From the IMG/VR virus record IMGVR_UViG_3300020172_001601, positions 276,342 through 340,341 of that record: a stretch of 64,000 bases of DNA, one strand, 5' to 3'. The position numbers and the translations under genes were made by a program. The notes beneath the pieces were generated by a model that saw only the letters and a program-made list of their open reading frames with translations, had not been told where the DNA came from and ran no database searches. Shown in pieces: positions 57,427 through 64,000 of the stretch (its first letter is position 1; every line of letters begins with the position of its first letter).

Positions 57427-57944
57427 ATTAGGCCATACCGATACCGCCACCGACGATTCTCGGTGTGCTTCCAGTCTACTACCTCTTGTAGATAGACGTA
57501 TAAATCCTCCCACGATCCGAACATGCAGGCATGGGGAATAAACCCATAATACCAGAGCGGGACGTGCTGCTTGCCCTGTGGACAAACCAGTAGGGTGGGT
57601 TTTTTGTTGTTGCTGCTAAAGATGATCTCATGGTGAGTGCCAGTTGTCGGCACCCCTTTAGGCAGATATGACACCAAGAAATCTGACCGTTCGACCATAA
57701 TCAGGTCTTTGGAAACAAAATCTTTAGCAATCCTGGTCATTGTCTCGAAGTCGCATTTTTCACGAGCTTCCGTTAATGTCGGAACCCATTGCTGCTTAGG
57801 GTCCGCAAAGGGGTCAAATAGATTGACCCCAAATCTCTCAATTAGAACCTTCGTCGGCTCCGTCCTCCAATTATGGTGGGTGGAGTCGTTTTCTATAGGA
57901 CCGCCCAAATAACATCGGGCATCTTTCAGTGGGTTTATTTTCAT
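57423..57944 (-). CDS. nucleoside 2-deoxyribosyltransferase-like protein
   Basis: YLGGPI, WR, DL..V..SD, GT..E. Confidence 0.8.
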   Translation of the reverse strand: MKINPLKDARCYLGGPIENDSTHHNWRTEPTKVLIERFGVNLFDPFADPKQQWVPTLTEAREKCDFETMTRIAKDFVSKDLIMVERSDFLVSYLPKGVPTTGTHHEIIFSSNNKKPTLLVCPQGKQHVPLWYYGFIPHACMFGSWEDLYVYLQEVVDWKHTENRRWRYRYGLI

Positions 57945-57998
57945 CGTATCCTCGCTATTGGAAACTCTACTATAGCAGCTTTACAAAAAGGAGCCAAT

Positions 57999-58703
57999 AT
58001 GTCAACCGAAAACAACAACAAATTGTTCGCAGAAATGGATGAAGCATTGAAGCATGAAGTAGCACAAAGGCACAGCTATTTCCAACTCAAATACTTCGTA
58101 ATAGGCAAAGAGCCTACTGTACAGTCAAAAATGTGGCAGTGTCTTCGAGAATTGAAGACACGCCGGGAGTCCCTGGGAGCCATTGAGCTTGAGGTAGAAG
58201 ACTCAAAAGACAAGCTGGAACTACTAGATATTTCTATCGAAAAGATTGATCTCGCACGTCCTAATGCCGACGAACTCACCCAGCGGGAGAGCGACATCAG
58301 AATTCGACAGATCGAGAGACAGAAGAAGGCTGCTCAGGCGAACCTACTACAACTCGCCGAACGTAAAAAATGGCTGGAGGAGGAATCTCGATTCTTCTTG
58401 GAAACATACAAAAACCTTCTACGGATTGAGCCTCTGAAGCATTTTGATGATCTCGACTCCCAGAAACAATATTGGGGCGAGCGACTGGCTCAGAAACTTA
58501 ACCTCAAGATGTTAACTCAAAATCAACTAGATACCGAACTGGTGGAAACCATTGTCGCCTTACCAGATGACATGCCCATCAAAAAACAAGCTCTTGGAAC
58601 GCTGGAACTGCGACATGCCAATATGGTTCATCAATTGAAATCAACGATGCAGCATATCGGAGCAATCGAAGGCAAGCAAGAGGAAAAAAATAAGGAGAAC
58701 TAA
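57999..58703 (+). CDS. coiled-coil hypothetical protein
   Basis: AGGAG RBS; TAATG overlap with the next gene. Confidence 0.85.
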   Translation: MSTENNNKLFAEMDEALKHEVAQRHSYFQLKYFVIGKEPTVQSKMWQCLRELKTRRESLGAIELEVEDSKDKLELLDISIEKIDLARPNADELTQRESDIRIRQIERQKKAAQANLLQLAERKKWLEEESRFFLETYKNLLRIEPLKHFDDLDSQKQYWGERLAQKLNLKMLTQNQLDTELVETIVALPDDMPIKKQALGTLELRHANMVHQLKSTMQHIGAIEGKQEEKNKEN

Positions 58704-59770
58704 TGGCCGTCACAAGAGTTGCATCTACCGATACAGGATATACGACCGGATCATTGTCGTTATTCCCCCAAGCCAAAGACTCGAAATTCCAGCTATATCA
58801 GGCGAGCAACAATTGCCAGACGACATTGAAACAAAGCCTCACTTATGCTGGCAAATATATCGTCGTAGAAGACAACAGCCTCTTCCCCGATAGTGGAATA
58901 TTGAGAGTTGGACCGCCACCTGGAAAACCGGGTGCTGCGGAGATGATATATTACGAAACAAAAACCCCTGGCGTATTTCGCAACCTCATTCGAGGCTTTG
59001 CTGGATCACGACAGAACCCCTGGCCTGTAACGAGTTACGTCACCAACGCCGTCTTTGCGGAACATCACAATGCCACCAAAGATGCGATCATTCAGATCGA
59101 GCGAGACTTGGGAACAGAAGACTTACCGGACCCATTATCGCTTAATGGCATTCTGAAGGCCCAGGAGAATCGGTTTTTGTCTCCACGGCCTTTATTCCGT
59201 GCATATCCATTCAAAGGCGCACCACCGCTGAAGGTTAGATTTCAAAACTTTAGCACGGGACCATTGATTCGATATTTATGGGATTTTGGAGACGGCACAA
59301 CCTCAATCGAGAAATCGCCAACCCATACCTTCCAAAAAGAGGGCATATACACGGTCAAGTTGAATATTATCACGTCTCTGGGTGCGCAGGGTGTTATCAC
59401 AAAGACTAACTATATCACTGTGTCTGAGGAAGAAAAACAACCTTTTTTCTATGTGACGCCGAACCAGGGTTATTCAGTTCAAACAGCAGAAGCAATGACT
59501 GCTGGCGGAAACCCAACCGATCCAACTGTATTTACATATGTGGATCAAACGGATGGCGACATTATCCAAAGATATTGGATTTTCGATGGGCCGGGAAAAC
59601 ATGATGGGCAAGATGTTCCCACTCAGAGTATTCCAGAATACGACCCGAACATTCATACAACCAGTTTTGTATATGACAGTCCTGGAGATTATGAGCCTTC
59701 TTTGTTGATCTTATTTGAAAGCCAAAGATTACAAAGAGCGTTCTTGAAAGACAAAATTACGGTGACATAA
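58703..59770 (+). CDS. PKD-domain virion protein
   Basis: G.APL.V.F, YLWDFGDG, P.HT....G.YTV.L. Confidence 0.85.
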   Translation: MAVTRVASTDTGYTTGSLSLFPQAKDSKFQLYQASNNCQTTLKQSLTYAGKYIVVEDNSLFPDSGILRVGPPPGKPGAAEMIYYETKTPGVFRNLIRGFAGSRQNPWPVTSYVTNAVFAEHHNATKDAIIQIERDLGTEDLPDPLSLNGILKAQENRFLSPRPLFRAYPFKGAPPLKVRFQNFSTGPLIRYLWDFGDGTTSIEKSPTHTFQKEGIYTVKLNIITSLGAQGVITKTNYITVSEEEKQPFFYVTPNQGYSVQTAEAMTAGGNPTDPTVFTYVDQTDGDIIQRYWIFDGPGKHDGQDVPTQSIPEYDPNIHTTSFVYDSPGDYEPSLLILFESQRLQRAFLKDKITVT

Positions 59771-62040
59771 TGACAATACCAGTAGCCTCTACATATCCGA
59801 CCACAATTGACACCAATCAGAACTTGTATCAAGTTCATGACTCGCTCAGGGTACGTCTAATTGAAGACTACACTCCAGGCGATACTTCAATCACTGTGTT
59901 CGGCGATGAACCTACCATGCGGGCATTTAATGCTACTGGCATCATTACGCTCACAGAGCAGTGCAGCGAGCCAGAATACAGAGCCATTTCCTTTTACTAT
60001 GGTTCTCGGACATTAACCACGTTCGATCAACTAGAACTATTGCCTGGATTCGTGGATGTAGCAAAGCCAAAGAGCTTGACCAATGTGACCCAGAACGTCA
60101 TGTCGGTGCATCATAACTCCCTGAAGGATGCTTTGATCGCCATTGAACGCTTTGCTGGCAAAAAAGGAGAAGTGGCTTTAAGACCATTAGAAGGAACAAT
60201 GGAGCAAAGAATCAATTACCTTCGTAAATTGGCTTTGGCTCCGAAAGCATGGTTCAGAGTAAATAAGACCATAGGACTTGCCCCATTAACTGTGGAGTTT
60301 GAAGATCAGAGCTTCCGATTAGGTGGTGATGGCACTTCGCACTCAATTGAACATTTATGGGACTTTGGTGATAACAGTGGGCCTTCCATCATCACCATCA
60401 GCGAAGACACAGAAGTTCCATCTAACATCAGTGATGTCTTAGTAAAAGACACAGATGGTGGAATAATCAGAAAAACATACACAAGACCTGGAATTTACAC
60501 TGTGACTTTGACCGTCACAAATGATTTCGGTTCAGACAGTGTTACATTTGACGACATTATCACAGCCCGGTTCCCGGCTCCAGATTACGCAGTTGTTAAC
60601 TTTGTTCAAAGAGCAGGACAAATAGTAACTCCTGGATCGCCAATTGGTGGACCATACACAACAACGCCGCCTAAAATTCGTGCGGCTTCAAACACCATCA
60701 TTGATTTGGCAATCTCACCTGGAATCAATTCGTTTACAGGAAGAACATACGGCGGCGAAGCAGTAGATGGAACAAACACTCCCATTGACCCTATTCAGGA
60801 TTACACATGGTCCTTGTCTGACGACTTAATTCACAGCAATGCTTCAAGTGCAAGAGCGGTATTTAGCGTCGGTGGACTCTATGACTTAAATCTACGAGTA
60901 GATACAGAATTTGGTGCTTACAGAATTACAACTTACGAAGACAGCTTTGATATTGTCGAAAAAGTAAACCTTTGGTTGTGGACTTACAATAACACCAATT
61001 CTGTGTCATCTTCTGAATTTGGAATGATAAGTGAAACATTCAAAGCCAAAGGTGCAGGCAGTCTTTCATTGGGCGTTGATGATTCGTTCTTGACGGGACA
61101 GTTAAACGAAACACAACAAAAACGTGAATTCCACAGAAATAATGGATTCGCACAAAGAGGGTCAGCAGCATCGGGGGCTGGTGGTGTCGGACTACTGTAT
61201 TGGGCCAGCGGCAGAAGCAGCGTTGACAGTCCAACGACTGAAGAAATTCTAATGTCTGAATACAACGGATTTGTTGAAACGTACACATCTCGACCTTCCG
61301 TTTCACGTCCTTGGAATTGGATTAGCTTTGCATCAGCAGACAGTCTTTATTTCTTTTTAGGTGGAGTGACTGGTTCTATTGCTCCAGATACGTCTCCGAC
61401 AAACCAAGTCAAAAATAGGATGCTCTTAAATGATCTTTCTGTTTCTTCTTCAACAATAGCTAATGCCAATTACAAAAACGGCGCTGATGAATTGACGAAT
61501 AATGAGGTAACATACAATATTTCTGGTGAGCCGCTTCAAGGACACATGAGCGTTTATCGCTCAACATGGCACGAGGAGACAGGATATTTTTTGCGAAATG
61601 AAGGGGTGGGCGATTTCTTCAGAATCAAGAGCTTTTACAAAACCAGCGGAAATTCCGCTGAACCATTCCAAGACATTAGAAAGCTGCCTGACATGATTGG
61701 CTCTGCCAAAGTGGAAGGACAATTGGTGTCTTTGAGCCAAGGCGTGTATTTCTTCAGTAATTCTGGCGCTGTGGCTGCTTACAACCCGACGAGTGGAATT
61801 TGGGCGACTGGCGGTCCAGGAGCCAATTCTTCATCATTCCGACTACTACAAGATACTGATGTTGTTGGCTTTGATGAGCCAAATCAAACATTCCTGGCGG
61901 CTTCAGACGGGGATCGCACGGCGTATTTGAGCTTTGATTACAGCCCGAAGGCATTCATTAAGTTCAATGAGTCAGACACCACATTTAGTGGGGTCACTTC
62001 ACGTCCAGCGGGGACGCAGTGGCAAATGTCGATCTTTTAA
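59770..62040 (+). CDS. PKD-domain virion protein
   Basis: GLAPLTVEF, WDFGD, YTRPGIYTVTLTV; shares HHN..KDA.I.IE with its neighbour. Confidence 0.85.
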   Translation: MTIPVASTYPTTIDTNQNLYQVHDSLRVRLIEDYTPGDTSITVFGDEPTMRAFNATGIITLTEQCSEPEYRAISFYYGSRTLTTFDQLELLPGFVDVAKPKSLTNVTQNVMSVHHNSLKDALIAIERFAGKKGEVALRPLEGTMEQRINYLRKLALAPKAWFRVNKTIGLAPLTVEFEDQSFRLGGDGTSHSIEHLWDFGDNSGPSIITISEDTEVPSNISDVLVKDTDGGIIRKTYTRPGIYTVTLTVTNDFGSDSVTFDDIITARFPAPDYAVVNFVQRAGQIVTPGSPIGGPYTTTPPKIRAASNTIIDLAISPGINSFTGRTYGGEAVDGTNTPIDPIQDYTWSLSDDLIHSNASSARAVFSVGGLYDLNLRVDTEFGAYRITTYEDSFDIVEKVNLWLWTYNNTNSVSSSEFGMISETFKAKGAGSLSLGVDDSFLTGQLNETQQKREFHRNNGFAQRGSAASGAGGVGLLYWASGRSSVDSPTTEEILMSEYNGFVETYTSRPSVSRPWNWISFASADSLYFFLGGVTGSIAPDTSPTNQVKNRMLLNDLSVSSSTIANANYKNGADELTNNEVTYNISGEPLQGHMSVYRSTWHEETGYFLRNEGVGDFFRIKSFYKTSGNSAEPFQDIRKLPDMIGSAKVEGQLVSLSQGVYFFSNSGAVAAYNPTSGIWATGGPGANSSSFRLLQDTDVVGFDEPNQTFLAASDGDRTAYLSFDYSPKAFIKFNESDTTFSGVTSRPAGTQWQMSIF

Positions 62041-62090
62041 CAATCAAGGCTAAATAACATGAAGCATTACCGCAAGGAATAAGGACTGCC

Positions 62091-64000
62091 GTGGCAAACT
62101 ACTTCCCGCCTACACCTGTTTATCCGAAAAACTACGATAGTGATTACACGCTGTTCTTGGTCTACAACACCAGCGAAACAATCACGACCGAGGACAATGC
62201 GCCTTGGTCGGCAGAAATTGCCATCAAGCCTGTGGCCCCGGATAAGGACGAATTGTGGGCGACCAATGGATTTGCCAATATTGATGGCGAATTGTTCTAC
62301 TACGACGATGTTGGCTATAACATTTATGGAAAAATCAACAAGCTAAAGAGATGCGCACGCAACATCGGTGGCACTCACACAAAACATAATCGAGCAGGAT
62401 CAGAAGTTCGTGGATTTGTTATTGCAGAACACCACAATCAAATTGTGGATGCGATCATAAAGATCGAAGACTTTGTTGGAGCCAACTTCACAGATGAGAA
62501 AGCGACGTTAGATTGGCGAATTCGTAATCTGCAACAGCTTCCTGTAATTTTCGATGACTTTAGTTGTCCTGACGTATCTTTTGACTTCTTTATCGTTAGT
62601 GATGACCCTGCGACGGGCATTGTCGCACAATACACAATTGTTATTGATGGAGTGTTCACCAGTTATCGTTTGGACTTTGGAGACGGAGAGTTTACGACTA
62701 CCTCAACCAGAGGCACGCACCGCTACGCACCAAACGCAACGATTGACCCGATCATTACGATTGCTAATTCAAAATGTACCATTGTACAAACGCCGATTGA
62801 AAGAACGGTTGCTACAGAGCCACCGAATCAGACCACCCCAACAAGATTCGAGATCAAAATCCCAACGATCCCGAATATTCCACCTTTCAATCCACCAATA
62901 CCACCAACGCCGTCCAATATTGTGACGCCGCCTCCAATTGTGTTCCCATGTTTAGACATTGGGCCAATTGGACCAATTAACATACCATCGGTTATTGTCA
63001 TTGATCCGCCAATCAACTTGCCGTCGATCATCGAGATTGTAACGCCATTCAGCTTACCATCTTTGATTGAGATCACGCCAATTGATTTGCCAACACTGAT
63101 TACCATCACGTCAGTTAACATCCCGACTTTGATTAACTTCGGGCCAGTGAACATCCCGACTTTGATTAGCTTCGGGCCAGTGAACATCCCGACTTTGATT
63201 AGCTTCGGGCCAGTGAATATCCCGACCTTGATTAGCTTCGGGCCGGTAAACATCCCGACTTTGATTAACTTTGGTCCAGTGAACATCCCGACTTTGATTA
63301 ACTTCGGGCCGGTAAACATTCCGACTTTGATTAACTTCGGGCCGGTAAACATTCCGACGCTAATCAACTTCGGGCCGGTAAACATTCCGACGCTAATTAA
63401 CTTCGGACCAGTGAACATTCCGACGCTAATCAACTTCGGGCCGGTAAACATTCCGACCTTGATTAACTTCGGGCCGGTAAACATTCCGACGCTAATTAAC
63501 TTCGGACCAGTGAACATCCCGACCTTGATTAACTTCGGGCCGGTAAACATCCCGACGCTAATTAACTTCGGACCAGTGAACATCCCGACCTTGATTAACT
63601 TCGGGCCGGTAAACATTCCGACTTTGATTAACTTTGGTCCGGTGAATGTTCCGACTTTGATTAACTTCGGGCCGGTGACAGTGCCAACACTAATCAACTT
63701 CGGACCAGTAAATATTCCGACTTTGATTAACTTTGGTCCAGTGACCATTCCGACTTTGATTAACTTTGGTCCGGTAACAATACCATCCACGATTAACTTT
63801 GGTCCGGTAACAATACCATCCACGATTAACTTTGGTCCAGTGACATTACCATCCACGATTAACTTTGGTCCGGTAAGTGTTCCATCCACGATTAACTTCG
63901 GGCCGGTAAGTGTTCCATCCACGATTAACTTCGGGCCGGTAAGTGTTCCATCCACGATTAACTTCGGGCCGGTAAGTGTTCCATCCACGATTAACTTCGG
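62091..64000 (+). CDS. virion protein with 11-aa tandem repeats (3'-truncated by the window)
   Basis: GTG after AAGGA; MANYFPPTPVYP...; AEHHNQ..DAIIKIE paralogous motif; LDFGDG; in frame with the IPTLINFGPVN repeats; absent from the ORF track because it has no stop in the window. Confidence 0.88.
   Translation, partial: MANYFPPTPVYPKNYDSDYTLFLVYNTSETITTEDNAPWSAEIAIKPVAPDKDELWATNGFANIDGELFYYDDVGYNIYGKINKLKRCARNIGGTHTKHNRAGSEVRGFVIAEHHNQIVDAIIKIEDFVGANFTDEKATLDWRIRNLQQLPVIFDDFSCPDVSFDFFIVSDDPATGIVAQYTIVIDGVFTSYRLDFGDGEFTTTSTRGTHRYAPNATIDPIITIANSKCTIVQTPIERTVATEPPNQTTPTRFEIKIPTIPNIPPFNPPIPPTPSNIVTPPPIVFPCLDIGPIGPINIPSVIVIDPPINLPSIIEIVTPFSLPSLIEITPIDLPTLITITSVNIPTLINFGPVNIPTLISFGPVNIPTLISFGPVNIPTLISFGPVNIPTLINFGPVNIPTLINFGPVNIPTLINFGPVNIPTLINFGPVNIPTLINFGPVNIPTLINFGPVNIPTLINFGPVNIPTLINFGPVNIPTLINFGPVNIPTLINFGPVNIPTLINFGPVNIPTLINFGPVNVPTLINFGPVTVPTLINFGPVNIPTLINFGPVTIPTLINFGPVTIPSTINFGPVTIPSTINFGPVTLPSTINFGPVSVPSTINFGPVSVPSTINFGPVSVPSTINFGPVSVPSTINF
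63120..64000 (+). repeat. 33-bp coding tandem repeat, ~27 copies
   Basis: ATCCCGACTTTGATTAACTTCGGGCCAGTGAAC-type units with mostly synonymous variation. Confidence 0.97.

Noticed and set aside
62828-63988. 386-aa minus-strand repeat ORF
   Set aside because: It is the antisense shadow of the + strand gene from 62091; synonymous variation fits the + frame.

Overview
The window is a fragment of a large T4-like (contractile-tailed) phage genome read in the standard code, in three parts. (1) 1-16.7 kb is a higher-GC array transcribed entirely on the + strand, with about 45 short ORFs and several ORF-free structured units. It is punctuated by about 43 same-orientation copies of a 26-bp element (consensus TAGGTC[CAG/TAT]TGTACCCTAGTGGGTGT). 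The element's first TAG is the stop codon of at least 18 upstream genes. The array ends with two inverted copies and an A-tract-rich spacer. Cargo includes an ECF-sigma-like protein, two thioredoxins, a PD-(D/E)XK-like nuclease, a very acidic protein, and a tRNA-shaped RNA whose anticodon loop is replaced by a ~70-nt three-hairpin insert. (2) 17-35 kb is an accessory region: C39 peptidase, ATPase-only terminase paralogue, 2H phosphoesterase, thermonuclease, tyrosyl-tRNA synthetase, HAD phosphatase, a CCA-adding-like enzyme with altered catalytic motifs, and YqaE/Pmp3. (3) 35.5-64 kb is a tail/baseplate module: gp2-like protein, 3112-aa tape measure, hub, spike, gp25/gp6/gp7-like wedges, PKD proteins, and a final ORF with 11-aa tandem repeats that runs off the window. 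All product calls come from reading motifs by eye; no database search was run and counts were made manually.
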